The notes beneath the pieces are model-generated. The model saw nothing but the letters and a program-made list of their open reading frames with translations, was not told the origin of the DNA and did not search any database. The translations under genes were made by a program, and so were the position numbers. Below, one piece after another: positions 1 to 14,610 of a stretch of DNA of 64,000 bases. Source of the DNA: Octopus sinensis (Eukaryota); assembly GCF_006345805.1 (NCBI RefSeq), contig NC_043006.1, positions 9,610,001 to 9,674,000 of the forward strand, given 5' to 3'. Within the stretch, counting starts at the first letter, position 1. The number at the start of each line of letters is the position of its first letter.

Positions 1-531
1 GACTTTCCACGCTTTGTGTGATGCGCTACTGAAAATCACTCCTGCTTCTAGTACGACCAGCCCAAAGCAGACGAAAACTGAATTTCAGTGCCATAAGCAA
101 CACGTAAAATTCCAAAGCTGATAAAGAAATATATTACTTTATATTATTCATTTCAATATTATGTCAACATGACTAGAAGGACTACTAAAGCAATTGAACG
201 CCGCTGCATATCTGGGTTGCTAGCTTCGAGAACCTTCAAGCGCATTAAGACGCCGTACCCATACTAGCTATAAGATAGTTCGTCTTTTCGGTAATAAATA
301 TTGTAGGTTAATGGGGTATACGTATTCTCTCGTTCAAAGTAGGCAATTCAGGAAAGTAGCTTCAGTTGTTTGCATAGCACTTATACCACCTAGCCTATAT
401 ATATATATGCCATCTTCAACTATATGCCATCTTCAATGTCCTCAAAACTATGCACAGGCTCCTAGACACTGATGAGATGGACGTATTGTACACGGTCAGA
501 AAGTTTTAAGTCATGTGGAGCCGATTCTTAT

Positions 532-532
532 A

Positions 533-579
<47 letters not shown>

Positions 580-596
580 ATATATATATATAGATA

Positions 597-633
<37 letters not shown>

Positions 634-996
634 TACACATGTTTATATATACTTTGTATATATATATATATATATATATAGTGTGTGTGTGTGTGTGTGT
701 GTGAGGGTGTGTGTGTATGCATGTAAATAATTTATGAATGAATATCTAATAAGCGAATGCAGTGAGATTAAAATCAACACTTTTCTTTCTTTCACCATAT
801 GTCTACTTATTAGCGATGTGTCATGTAAAATATTGTTTTAATATTTTAACCATGCAATTAAATTGTTTTGATTTACAGTCAGGTGTCTTTTGGCTAACCC
901 TGTAAAGATTATATTTATACCAGGGGGAGAGAGAGAGTTACATATGTGTATACATATACATATACACATACACATACAACACCCATAATACACATG

Positions 997-1089
<93 letters not shown>

Positions 1090-1101
1090 CAATATATATA
1101 T
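532..1101. repeat. (TA)n/(TG)n microsatellite blocks (532-720, 983-1101)
   Basis: Directly visible dinucleotide runs; source of the YI-repeat ORFs in the track. Confidence 0.95.
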
Positions 1102-1675
1102 ATTATAAAGATATTAGACACTTATACTCGTTTTTATTCATGGTTAGTTAGTGGATTTTTTATTGTTTTGTTTATTGCATTTTAGAATTGTTGACGAATT
1201 TTGTCCATTATTTCCCTGATGAAATTGATACAAATAAATATGATTTTTTAAAATAAATTCTTTATTATGTATGAATCGAAACAATTTGTAGGATTATTAT
1301 TTGTAGTTATATTCATATTATATTACATTATATTATATTATATTATATTATATTATATTATATATATTATTTTACATTCATTGTAATATAATATTATGCT
1401 AATAAATCAAATTTAAAATATCTTAATCGGAAATTCCCCATTTTCTCTTAATTTTTGTACATTGAATGTATATCTTTTTGAGTTTTGAAAAAGTTTTTCT
1501 CTGCAATCTTAGGTATTTACTGAAAAATCTTTGGAAAATTGGATTTTTCCCATCCCCATTAAAGCAACTATTTTCCTTGTATTGAATTATATATATCCAT
1601 ATTGAAATGAATAAATGTGGATGCAATGTGTTGTCCTCATGTGCCTCTTGAGCCCAGTGGATGTTTTTCACATGC

Positions 1676-1912
1676 TTATTTCTTTATTGCCCGCAAGGGA
1701 CTAAACATAGAGGGGTCAAACAAGGACAGTCAAAGAGATTAAGTCGATTACATCAACCGCAGTACGCAACTGGTACTTAATTTATCGACCCCGAAAGGAT
1801 GAAAGATGGAGTCGACCTCGGTGGAATTTGGACTCGGACAGAATATAACGGCAAACGAAATAAAGCTAAGCATTTCGCCCGGCGTGCTAACGTTTCTGCC
1901 AGCTCGCCGCCT
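1676..1912 (-). mobile_element. tRNA-derived SINE, family A, near full length
   Basis: Reverse complement reads ggcggcgagctggcagaaacgttagcacgccgggcgaaatgc...cgaggtcgac...cctttcggggtcgataaattaagtaccagtt...aaagaaataag; homologous copies at 14215, 31016, 34030, 35415. Confidence 0.85.
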
Positions 1913-1920
1913 AAGTTTTT

Positions 1921-2224
1921 AAGGTTTGTACATTCGTTTAGATAGTGAACAGCAGTGCTAGATCACAGACGAAAAAGGTGCCACAATATGAACTCTTTCG
2001 ACGTGCCTTTTTAATCCTCTAAATGAGAGGAAAACATTTCCAGACGTTGCACATGTTCTCTTGTGAGCAATAGCCATATTACAATTTGCCATGCGTCAGT
2101 TCTTGTGAGTTCTCTGATGGATGACCACGCCCGCACGACTCAAACACCTTCTGAACATGCTGCTTGAATAGCATTCATCATGTGTTGCATATCTTCCTGG
2201 GAATGAGCAGACAAGTCACGATCA
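1921..2224 (-). mobile_element. Degenerate RTE-like LINE remnant
   Basis: Minus strand gives DRDLSAHSQEDMQHMMNAIQAACSEG (resembles the post-YADD segment of RTE RT) followed by SRAGVVIHQRTHK (resembles the RTE C-terminal His motif). Confidence 0.4.
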
Positions 2225-4036
2225 CAATATATAGATATGTGTGTGTGTGTGTGTGTGCGTGTGTGTGTATGTGTGCGTGCGCGCGCGTGTGTGTATACGA
2301 GTGAGTCGATAAATCAAAGAAGGGCGCACAAAAAATGTATTGAGTGTCACTGTTGTATAATGAAAGTGTACACCCATGTACTGTAAAATGTGGTAGTAGT
2401 CAGCCATTATTAATAGACCAGTAGCCGATCAGGAAGGCCGAGAGTGCATGTAGATAGTCGTGTCTGTGCAGATATTGTAATTATATTGTGATAATGAATG
2501 GACGATATATCGATTCAACTTTTTGTGCATAATAATGCTGCATGAATAAGGGTCGCACATTGCCAGATAGTACCATCCTATCGATGTCTTCGTAATATAA
2601 CAGTATCTATATGAATGGTAACCGTCGTCAAGGGCCAGAGACAACAGTGGCAAAAGACCGTTTTAAAACAATAGCGACGAGGAAGCACAAATTTACGCGG
2701 TGAAAATCAAAGAACACATTCCCACGGACAGTTTAAAGTAATTTACGTGGGAAATTTAATACCTCAACAAAAAAGAAACAAAAATCTTGTGCAACCTAAA
2801 GAAAATCGCAAAATATGGAATATATATCATGTGGGATAGTTGAGTTGCAAAAATAGCAGCAACAACAACTCAACGAAGAACGAGTACAACAACAATATTG
2901 GCGAAACAAATATTAAAACTAACGAAGTTGATAAACAAACCGTAGGGTATTTTTTCACAAGAACATGTAGCAAATTCCTGAAGGGAATTAAAATATGAAC
3001 CCTAAGAAGGAGCTACCTTTGAGGTTTATTTACGAATTTAGAATAATATTATCTTTATTATACTTAAATTTAACTTAATAATAATAATATACCAATAGAT
3101 TTGTGAAGGAATCTTTAGTGATTAAAACATATATATTTTTATATAACGTATCACCAGTCCCGTTGAATATATAAGTTTATAAACATTGATTTACAGTGGT
3201 TTATTTTTCTCTGAAAAAACTAAGTAAATTTCTGTTTTTTTATCTATTTATCTATTTGTAATAATTACAAAACATATTCATTATATTAGTACATAAATGA
3301 AGGTTATGGTAATTCTTAAATATAACTGCATATTTTTAAAAATTATGCATATATTAATATTCATCGTAGACACTATCATACTTAGTGAATTAATTTTGTG
3401 TATATCCTGTTCTTCTGTTCTTTTCGAAATCATATGCCCATAAAAATTATAAACATTGATTTAAAGTAAGTTATTTTCCTCTGTAATGCTAAGTAAAAAT
3501 CTGATAATTCATTTATTTATTATGTACAAATCAGTATGGGTAATAAATAATCGCAATTTTATAAAACAGTTTAATGTCGGCGTATTTAAAATAAAATTTT
3601 GAATGACTAAGTAGTTGTTGAAAAGTTTTTTTACTGCTAAACTAAATTTATATTGACGCACAATTATATTAATATGAGAGTGTATATTTATAGTTTCTTT
3701 TTTTTTTGAAAGTTTTTCTTTAATAAAACTACGTAATTTTTATTTTGATATCAATTTTAGTATAGGTGATTATAGACAATGAAAACTGTGTAATTCATAA
3801 TATTATTCAGTATTGGCCTCGTGAAGATAAAGTATTTTAATTACTTTTCTTAATTAATAGCGCGTTGAATTTTGTGAGATTAACGAATTTTTCTAAATAT
3901 TTTGGCGTAATGAAATATATTTTTTCTTAATAGCATGAATAATAAAAGGGGATAATTCCTACTGCACCATAAATTCGTAGCATATTAAATATTTTATATA
4001 TAATAAATACTGGACAGATATATTTGATATATATGT

Positions 4037-4290
4037 TTAAACATTTCCATCTAGTATTACAAAAGTGGACTCTTTTGACTCAACATTTTGCACAAATTGT
4101 CAACTGTGTGAGTGAAATTTATGTCAGACGTTTACTTTATTATTATTATTATTATTTTTTTGGCAATATGAAATTACTTCTCACACTCTGATGTCCCTAG
4201 TGTTCTTAAAACTAGACGAGTTTTCCTATCGTCTGTCCAATCCTGACATGACTTTTCAAACATTGGATGAAATAATGAAAAAGTGACCAC
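4037..4290 (-). mobile_element. Gypsy/Ty3 LTR retrotransposon gag remnant
   Basis: Minus strand FEKSCQDWTDDRKTRLVLRTLGTSECEK, then frameshifted NFILPK, ...TVDNLCKMLSQK... and NTRWKCLN; matches the pattern of invertebrate Gypsy gag. Confidence 0.6.
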
Positions 4291-4989
4291 TGCAGATTGG
4301 AAATGATACGATACTGGAAGCAACATATCTTGCTCCTTCTTAGTAGCTGGATTTTATCAACAGCCTTTAGTCAGCTACAAGCTGGGTTTTGGTGCCTTTC
4401 GCATTTCCAGTATTATTAAGGATATAATTGAAATTCCTCCCATAGCAGTAGACTCGGAATAGCGGAAACCCGTTGCTCCGAATGCTGAAGGATATTTAGG
4501 CTCCAAGATTTCGATGGGTTTATATTAAACCGTGATTATGTGGTCATCTATTCCAGCGAGCTTAATGCCCACACGGCCCCTTCGATTGATGGTGACACAA
4601 CCGTTACGTCGTCAATGAACGCGCTGCAAACTAGATTCACCGTGTTTGTGTCAGCTTCTGGACCTTTTCACTGCTTACCTCGAACCCGTAGCAACAGGTT
4701 CATGGCCACCATGAATGGTATCACGGCACCTGCGCAATCTGGCATAATGCATTTTTAAAATCGTTTCTACTCAGTGGTGATATTTACCACAGTGAACATC
4801 ACCCTCAGTGAATTTATGTAGGACATTATGAGTCTGAATACATCTTTTGGCCCTTGGTAGTACACCAATGCACTTCAGAGAAGCTGCTAATGCGCGCTTG
4901 GATACGATGTGGTAAGATTCAGCAATACCACGGAGGTTGAGTTGGGGTTCCTCCTCGGTTTTTTAATACCATCATGGCTGATCGCTGAT

Positions 4990-5335
4990 CTCTGCTTGAG
5001 CCATTCAGAGTAACCTAGGACCATTGTTTCTGGAGAAACGTGTCGATATACTCATTTGACAAAGATATATGACTTTAACCTTTTGCTATAGTGCGCCTAA
5101 AGTTCTTTCTCTCGGCATTCAAAAGTCCTGCTGAGATTTTTTAGCGAGCATCCAGAGCCTGATTTCCTGTTTCTCTTTCCAGAATATAAAATATTTCCTT
5201 AGAGTCTTTCACTCGTTCACAGGTGTGGCGAATATTTGCAAATTCTCTACTCAGTACCAGATGGCCTTGGGCCAGAACCTGCACGTAGTTGCTTTTACCC
5301 CGCTGCCTTCACTTTATCAAAATTGAGGTATGCCA
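4990..5335 (-). mobile_element. Highly decayed CR1/L2-like fragments
   Basis: Short minus-strand motifs DMAYLNFDKV, LSRTFECREKEL and FSRNNGPRLL in RT order, with large deletions between them. Confidence 0.3.
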
Positions 5336-6175
5336 TGTCGAAGTGGGTGTAGAGTTTGAACGCCATGTGTGTATGTGTGTGTGCGTGCGCGCGCCCGCCT
5401 CTGTGTGTGTCTCTCTATTTGTGTGTGTGAGCGCGCGCGCGTCTGTTAGAGATTTTGTTGGCTACTCCATCGATTCGAAGTAATTGTAATTAATTAAATT
5501 TTACAAAATGCCCACGTAATTCGTTTGATTTTGTTTTATGTTTTTTCACGCATCATATCTCTAAATCATCATTATTTCTTCTTTCCATATGCTTACTGTA
5601 TTATCTAAGTCGTGATATATTATTTCATACACTAATTGCATTAGCTGAACTTGGACATGTTAAATTTGTATGTCTAACGTGTTTTCACATTCGGAACAGA
5701 ATGATGTCATAAATTTGGGAGGCGTTACATATTTTCATGTTTTCAACCTCGTTGGGCTGGCCACGGTAATTGCATAGCTGAGATTGTGTCACAGTAATTA
5801 CAGAACTTTTGTTTGAATATATTGTGTGGTTTTTATACATGCTTGTATATGTGTATATGTATGTGTGTGTTGGTGTGTGTGTGTTTGTACATTCATCACC
5901 ACCACATATGTGCGCATATAAGAATTTGATTCTGTATAATTATCATGAACACAAATACGAATAGGTTGATATACACACAAGCATATATTTATATACGCAA
6001 GTTAAAACTAAAGCTAAAACAAACATGCCTACTCCAAAATGGCGTTATAAGTTAATAATGTGTGCATTTAGATATATGCAGTCGTGTGTAAGTGCATATA
6101 CTTGTTTATATATAATACATAAATATGCGTGTGCATGAATGCCAATATCTGTGTGTGTGTCTCAATCTCTGTATA

Positions 6176-6219
<44 letters not shown>

Positions 6220-8084
6220 GATATATATATTCATATATATGTATATGTGTATAAATGTGTGTGCATTTTGGTATTTACATATTTAAATACGTCCAGACAT
6301 GTGTTTGCGTATGTGTGTGTGTGTGTGCTTCTTCGCTCATATTCATACACCGATATGTAGTTGCACTTTTACTATTTATTCAGTTTTTATTTATTGTCCT
6401 TATTTTCATTTCGGATTAAATTTAACAAATCTCCAAAACCGGTTTCCTTACGTTGCTATATAAAGTGACTATTTTATCAGAATGTATAACGTTAAACATA
6501 CACAAATATTTACGTGTGTGTGTGTGTGTGTGTATGTAGACAGGTATGCTCTCTTAATTATTTAAAATCTTCCTCAGAGGAATGAGTTGGTTTGTAACAG
6601 ATAAAAAGCTCTATTTGGGGAATAAAGATGACAAAAATGATACCACTTTTTAGATTTGGGAATAGTTTTGCATATTTTTACTGTTCCATTGATATTTTGT
6701 AACTGTTCGAGATATTTGATTGATTTCTTTTTCTCAAGATCCAAGGTTATGCAAACTCTCAGTTAGGCATTTATTTATAGAACAAAGTGTATGAATTGTT
6801 ATTGGGATAAATGCAAGTTTTTTTAATCTACACTTATACTTCTATTCTCTGTATGTATGTATATATGCATGTATGTATGTATATATGTTAGTATGTATGT
6901 ATATATGTTGTTATGTCCTTGTTCAGTTTTAGTTCAAGATCTCTTGCCGATAGAGAAGTAAGTATGCGGGAATGCACGTATGCATGCACATATGTATGCA
7001 TGAATGTGTGCATATATGTACGTACACATGATTATATATGTATGTCTCTTCTGTATTTCATGAATTAAATTCTTCCTCTGAAGAAGGGGCTCCTTTCTAA
7101 CAATGATACAAATTTCCGTCATTAGTATATAGGCAACAATGTTACATTTAAACCTGAGAAAAGTTTTCCATAGCTTTACTCTTCCGCGTACAGATTGTAT
7201 TTGTAATGTGAGAATATGTTGGTTGATAATTTTTTCTGAAAATGCAAGCTTTTCCAGACTGACAGTTAAGCATTTACTAACAAACTCAAGTGCTCTAATT
7301 GTAGGTATGTACGTATAAGTATATGTACGTATGAATATATGCAGGTATAAGTATATACTGTGTCGTTATTAGTACAAATATATCAAGTGATAACACAAAC
7401 ACTGTTATAACACATACACATATATTAGCACACGCACGTATATAAGTATGCCTATAAGAATGCCCGATGCTTGCATGTGTATTGCTACAAGTCTTGAACA
7501 AATCAAGAATGGCGCGCTTTGGTCCTTCCCTTCACCATTCTCTTATTCATTTTTTCGGGTCTAGATTCTTCTCCTACCACTCTACTTTTAAAATACAAAT
7601 TATTATTCATTCAATCTTTAAAGCTTTTCCGGATTTCTCCGTAAATCGAGAGGAAGCTTCCATTTTAAAATTTACTCTTTCAAAGAAATTTCAATCGTTC
7701 GATATGTACTTCATCTCCTTAGGAGTATTTCACTGTCTCCTTACCTGCATGTTTATCCTGCCTGCATCCTACAGTGTTTAATGCCAGTTGTTTCTTTCTC
7801 CAAATCTATGACCCTCCATTTCCCTCTCTTCCCACATCTCTCTCTCTCGTCAATCCAGATTTAGATGCGTAGTAATAATCTTCCCACCTTGACATCTGAT
7901 TCTCAGCTCCATCAATGAGATTTCTTCTTACAAGAACAAGACCCGGCTATTACTATGACGATGATGTGTATTGACACTTGATGGATTAATATACACCTAC
8001 TGTGTATTTATACATGCCTGCGTACAGATGTATAACATGTATAGACATGATATATATATATATATATATATATAAACTTAGATA

Positions 8085-8533
8085 TGTTTCGACCAAAGAT
8101 TGGTCCAGGCCATGTCTAACTTAATAGCACCACCTGATAGGATTATCTGAATCCTGTTTAAGTCAAGTTTTATTTATGGTCCATTCAAGCAGTGAGTTTT
8201 TGTTGGGTGAGTTGTATCCAATAATGGGGGGGGGGCTTATCTGGTATTCCTTGAAGGAATCAATCCAGACTCCGTTTAAAGTTGATGGGATCCTTTCCCT
8301 CTTTGATCTCTATCGGGACAATTCTAAATAGGGCAGGGCCTGTTGAGGAAAAGAAATTATGTTGCAGTGTACATGTATGCTGTGATCTTGAATTGGGCAG
8401 GGGACGTATGGCCCGTGTTCCCAGTCTTGGATGAACCTTGGAGCTAATGTTTAGGTCGTTTGGGCAAAGTTGGCGGTATATTCTCCACATCTTACAAATG
8501 ACGTACCGCTCACGGCGACGCTGGAGAGAGTAG
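8085..8533 (-). mobile_element. CR1/L2-clade LINE 3' fragment
   Basis: ORF 8260..8586(-) contains YSLQRRRERYVICKMW...NFFSSTGPALFRIVPIEIK...FKRSLD, followed by FLQGIPDKP; typical CR1-type C-terminus. Confidence 0.85.
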
Positions 8534-9334
8534 TACATATGTATGCATATATATGTGTGTGTATGTATATATGTACACGCATACATAGATATATATACAT
8601 ACGCACATAGATGTATGTATATTGCCTGGCATTTATATCAACATCCAGTAATTGTATCCTCTTCAAACCAGTAACCTAGATTTCCAGTGATAGAGTTCTT
8701 CAAATAGAATATGATTTCAGGACTCATTATATTTTTCGTTGTTGATCAAATTGTAAAATATGTCTTCAAATTGGCTTTACGCAGGTATTTTAACATCGTG
8801 TTCATATCACGAATTTGAAAATAATTCTATTTTTCCACTATGTGTATCTTCTATCTGAAAAAACGTTTTTTTTCTTCTTCATAATACCCAACGTTAGTCT
8901 GTCAGTGTAAGACATTTGAATTTGTTTGGCATTATTCTAACATTCATTAATTAATAGTGAATTTGTGTGAAGAAACAGGAAAAGATATTAAATACGTGAT
9001 GAACTCTGTGACACATTTCATTATCTTGCTCTTGGTATTGTTGTCAATTTTTAGAACATATATCAAAAGCATTTGTTAATTAGATTCACTTGGATGTCAT
9101 ATGCTTCTCTGTACTTTCGTTTTCATATTTGCTTTAAAAGTTACACCTCTTTTAAACTGAATAGTTAGACTGTACTTTGGTGGCATACAGTTCAAAATAT
9201 TAACTTATATAATGTAACGTTACATTATATAGTGACGTGACACACTGAAGCCCTGGAACTTTCTATTAAGATCTAGTTACTGATGATGCTCTCTTTTATA
9301 TAACTGTTCAATTAAATAAATATATATGCACACA

Positions 9335-9369
<35 letters not shown>

Positions 9370-9469
9370 ATATATATTAGATATATATATATATATATAT
9401 TTGTACATGTGTATATTATATATATATACGTGTGTGTACGTATCTATGTATGTATATTATATCTATATA

Positions 9470-9500
<31 letters not shown>

Positions 9501-9639
9501 GTATATATATGTATGTGTGTGTGTGTTTATATATATATATATATATATTGAGAGAGAGAGAGGGAGAGAGAGAGAGATACTTGTATACATATATAAATAC
9601 ATACATATATGCATACATATGCATATGTATTTATAACAT

Positions 9640-10297
9640 GCAAGTGCTTGGCCGGATAGACCCATCGAACTTTCAAAACCAGAGAAAAAGAAACTATGAT
9701 GGTCCTCTGGAAGACATTCGTTCTTAGCCGTCTGGATTACTGCGCCTAACTTTGGTCACCAAAGAGCGTAAAATTACCGATGGGACTGAAGGCGATGCAG
9801 TACTGCTATACGTAGAAAATCTGCACAATGCTACATATCATCTTCTGGGACGTATTGAAAGAGTTAAGACTCTGCTCCCTGGAGACAAAGCAATAATATA
9901 CATGTGTAAAATACCAGAGAAACTTGTATCTAACTTTGACATTATCAGTTACATAATCAACGGGACGGGGCTCCACTGCATAGTAACAAAAATCCCAACA
10001 TTGCCATCAGGATACAGAACCAAATACTCCTTCGGTTTCAAAGCCCCACAGTTTTCAATATCGTCCACAAAGCCTGATAGACCTGCATGCGTGGATATAG
10101 ACATTTTCAAAACAAATTTGGATCTCCTGCTGTAAAGAGCTCCGGATGAACCTACCTGAAGGTAAGAAAGACAGATGAGGACAAGCAATGTCAAGTTCTC
10201 TCATTCACTAATTTTCACTCATCAGAGAAGCTTAGTGAAAGAGTATCAAAGTAAATGGCAGTGCCCGAGCATGCCGCAGTCGGTGGACTGAAACTTA
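9640..10297 (+). mobile_element. CR1/L2-clade LINE 3' fragment with 3' tail
   Basis: [26 protein letters not shown], then IIYMCKIPEKLVSNF...FGFKAPQF...DIFKTNLDLLL, APDEPT; tail gcagtgcccgagcatgccgcagtc...gactgaaac. Confidence 0.85.
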
Positions 10298-10306
10298 AAT
10301 ATATAT

Positions 10307-10386
<80 letters not shown>

Positions 10387-10402
10387 ATATATATATACAT
10401 AA

Positions 10403-10800
10403 GCGCAGGAGTGGCTGTGTGGTAAGTAGCTTGCTTACCAATAACATGGTTCTGTGTTCAGTACCACTCGTGGCACATTGTGGATGTGTCTTCTACTATA
10501 GGATCGCGCCAATCAAAACCTTGCGAGTGGATCTGGTAGACGGAAACTGAAAGAAGGCTGTCGTATATTTGTATATGTATTTATATATATATGTGTGTGT
10601 TTCTCATTCTGTGTTTGTCTCGCTCAACATCGCTTGACAACCGATGCTGGTGTGTTTACGTCCCCGTAATTAGCGGTTCCTCAAAAGACACGATAGAATA
10701 AATATTAGGCTTAAAAAGTATATGTCCTGGGATCGATTTCCTCGCCTAAAGGCAGTGATCCAGCATGGCCTCAGCAAAATTACTGGAACATATAAGAGAA
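10403..10800 (+). mobile_element. tRNA-derived SINE, family B
   Basis: Head gcgcaggagtggctgtgtggtaagtagcttgcttaccaa, internal TA/TG tract, tail ggcagtgatccagcatggcc; homologous to 19571, 36323, 46516, 56907. Confidence 0.85.
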
Positions 10801-10895
10801 AAAGCGTAAAATATACATATACATATATGCACACACACATACACACACATATATACACACATATATATATATATAAACATACATATAAACATGCA

Positions 10896-10932
<37 letters not shown>

Positions 10933-11007
10933 CTCTATCTATCTATCTATCTCGCTCTCTCTCTCTCGCTCTCTCTCTCTTCTCTCTCTTTATATATATA
11001 TAATATA

Positions 11008-11051
<44 letters not shown>

Positions 11052-11062
11052 TAGATGTTTAT

Positions 11063-12003
11063 TTATTAGCCACACAGGGCTGCACACAGACGGGACATAT
11101 TACAAAGTAGAGCTTTTCATTTTGGGGGAGAGAAAAAAATGTGGGTTAGGTTTTCGATCAAAAGGGATCGTAAAAGCGAAAGAAGAAAAAAAAGGAACAG
11201 AGGGGAAAAAACGATCGATAGGGATCAGGTATCACGGTGCCATCGTATAAAGTGTAAAGGGGGAAGCAGATAAGGTTTATCCATGGGAAGAAAAGCCTAC
11301 GGAAAAGACCACGGTAACCTCGGTCAATGATGTTACATGTTACCACATTTCTTTGCAAGTAGGTAACCCTCTGTTTTAAATTTCCGGGTTCATAGGATTA
11401 TGTTCAAGGTGGCTTCATCATTCATACGTGTCATCCTTGCTACATTCACCCATCTTTTTTTTTAAACATTCGCTAAACAAAATTTGCCTCTCTACTCTCA
11501 CTTTCCTTTTCAAGTGATATTTGAAAAAGTTGATGAGAGATTGGCCAGAGAGAAAAGTGTTTGTCTACAATCCTTTCAGACGCGTCCACCAGATACATTC
11601 TTTCGCCATAGCCACAAAGATGATGAAAATAGCTCTTCCGTCCCGTTTGAAGGGAGGAGACATGACAATATTGGCGATAGAATCGGCTGATAAACCGACT
11701 CGTCCCACACGTGACAGCAGTTGTTCGACATAAGCCCACGGATCAGAAATTGTTGGAAACTGCACGAGTCAGTGCAGAACGGTTTCATCGCTTTGACCGC
11801 ATCTCGCGCAGGTCCGCCCCGTGTTTCTCAAGCCGTGTCTGTAGAGCTTATCCCGAACGGGTAGTGTTTCTCGGTAGCACTGCCAGGCCAGAGATCTCTG
11901 GAAGTTGTCCATGGACCCTCGAAAGTCTTCCTGAACAGGCGGGTCAGTTATTCCTTGTCGACGTCCACGTTCGTCCCGAGCTCGTCATCGTACCTTCCTG
12001 CCA

Positions 12004-12005
<2 letters not shown>
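11063..12005 (-). mobile_element. Tx1/L1-clade LINE 3' fragment
   Basis: Disrupted minus-strand frames: MKPFCTDSC...LFSSSLWLWRKNVSGGRV, FKYHLKRKVRVERQIL, KKRWVNVARM; followed by a 3' UTR; 5' end truncated at (TA)n. Confidence 0.7.
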
Positions 12006-12047
<42 letters not shown>

Positions 12048-12595
12048 CATAGATAGATAGATATACAGACAGACAGACAGTCAAATATATAGATAAATAG
12101 CTAGCTAGCTAGCTAGCTAGATAGATAGATATGAAATGGAAGATCATAGATGTATTAACTCAGCTTTGTTATTTCGTATAGAAACACCTCAACCGTAATA
12201 TTCCTTGCATTGGATCTGGAAATCACAGTGAAGTCGTATACATTATTATTATTATTATTGGGAAAAATTCAAATTCTAACAGATCGGATATTCTGTCATC
12301 GAAGACAAATATGGAAAATATGAAGCGTATCCATTAACGAAACGATGACAAAGATGAAAGGAGGAAATGAATAAGGAGATGAAGAGAAGAAAAAAGAAGC
12401 ATACAGGTTCGCAGTTCAACTCTCCGATCATGTAGAGGCAAGTCCATAATCCTTTAGGTATAATCCGGGGTAAATCCATGTGGGTGAAAGTCCTGATATC
12501 GTCAATATCCAGAAATTGACGCGAACATATCAACGATCAATAACGGAATGGTTATATATATATATATCTATATATATATATATATAATATATATG

Positions 12596-12670
<75 letters not shown>

Positions 12671-14214
12671 ATATATATAATATATATATGAAGCAGAATA
12701 CAAATAGGGCTGTATTGATACATTCTCAAACTGCATCATGGCAAAAACCTGCATTCCTCAGACAAATTTTATAAACATGTAAGACAGTAATACAAGGTTA
12801 CCTGTTTGCCAGCAAACATGATTCTCTTCTTCCACCATTTATGCACGTTTTCATAGCTCCAGCATCATTCATTCATAGACAGCTTATGAACTTTTCAGTT
12901 CATTCTCCCAATTTAATCTGTCAAGGATATTCTTTTGCTTGCATAAGTATCTAGTAGTTATCTTTAACATATTGCGCCGCATTTTCTTGACGTTTACATG
13001 CGATTTAAATCATGAGCTCATGTTGAAATTATCAACTCATGTTAAATACACTCAACACTCAAAAATGTGGTAGTCACTCCCAAATCAAAACAATGGGGCT
13101 CCACAGCTAAAGTAATAAAGAAAAGAGATTTGCATTTCTTAATGATTTGTAATTTTTTTAGATAAATGATTTACGCGTGTTCTGTGTCAGAAACTTATTC
13201 CTGAATTCCATGAAACAAGTGCAATGTTGCTTGAATGGGTTGAATGCATAATGTATGTCGATATTGATTTGAACATCTCCAAAGTTCGTATTTATTCTTA
13301 ATTGATCCAATAGCTGTGAATCGGGCCTTGCCATAGATGTAAAAGAAATGACACATTTGAATACCTACCCTTCAATAGGAAAGAATTATTCCAGAATTAT
13401 CATTCTATGGATTGTAGCATCAAAGTTGATGATAAATGGTGCGTAATAGTCTTTATCAAGTCGATAAATATATAATGTGGAACAGTCCCACTTCAATACC
13501 ACACATGTAGCAAAGTATGTTTATAGAGTTTTAATGCCATTACCGTTAAAAGAATTATATATACATACATACATATATACATACATACATACATACATAC
13601 ATACATACATACATACATACATACATACATACATTCATATATATATGTATATGCATCCACGCACGAACACACGTACATCGATACAGGCGCAAATATGCAT
13701 ATATGCATAAAATATATGAATGCTTTGTTAGATGTGGTCATCAGTTGTAATTGTTAAAACTCAATCAAATAATCTGTAAATGGCTCTAATGAGCAACTAA
13801 ATATTCCGATGAATTATATATTAGCAAATCAATTAATCGCAATAAAGCTTTGATCAGGAACAAGATCGGTTGCTTTCGATCATATGATGCTATATTTGGT
13901 TTTGTTTATGTTACTATTATCTTTGCTAATGCAGTTTTCTTGTTATATATGAATATTGTATTTTTATTATATTTGTGTAATACATTGTACTATATTGAGA
14001 TATTGTTTTGTATAATATTATATGTAGGTGTATAAATTAATATCGAAAAATTGTATTTGGGTATGTCTGTAAGCCCGTGATTTAATTAAGCTTACACTGG
14101 AGTAGTCACCTTTCTTTAGGCATGATGTACATGTTAGAAAATCATTTATAATATTAATTGTATTAATATTGCTTTTATAATTCTTTTCTACTCTAGGCAC
14201 AAGAGCCAAAAGTT

Positions 14215-14610
14215 TGGAGGAGGGAGCCAGTCGCTTAGATGGACTCCAGTACGCAACTTGTACCTAATTTATCAACTGGAAAGGATGAAAGGCAAAGTTG
14301 ATCTCGGCGGAATTTGAACTCAGAAAGCAAACGCAGGCGAAATACCCATTTCTTTACTGCCCACAAGTGGACTAACAAGACCGACAAACGGATTAAGTCG
14401 ATTATATCGACCCTAGTATGCAACTGGTAATTAATTTCTCGACCCCCGAAAGGATGAAAGGCAAAATCGAACTCGGCGGAATTTAAACTCAGAACGTAGC
14501 TGCAGACGAAATACCTATTTCTTTACTACCCACAAGGGGCTAAACACAGACAGGACAAACAAGGTCAGACAAACGGATCAAGTTGATTATATCGACACCA
14601 GTGCGTAATT
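14215..14610 (-). mobile_element. Tandem cluster of truncated family A SINE units
   Basis: gaaaggatgaaaggcaaa..cggcggaattt..actcagaa occurs twice, with junctions gcgaaatacc|catttcttt and acgaaatacc|tatttcttt. Confidence 0.8.

Noticed and set aside
2429-2653. GPCR-like look of YLAMCDPYSCSIIM (ORF, - strand)
   Set aside because: No DRY motif, no transmembrane spacing and no splice support
8085-8115. HHR-like gacc...ggtc-gaaacat in the CR1 3' UTR (- strand)
   Set aside because: No CUGANGA or compensated equivalent upstream; more likely the LINE 3' stem-loop
12276-12533. 85-aa hydrophobic ORF (- strand)
   Set aside because: Hydrophobic stretch derives from a purine-rich low-complexity patch; no motif or splice support
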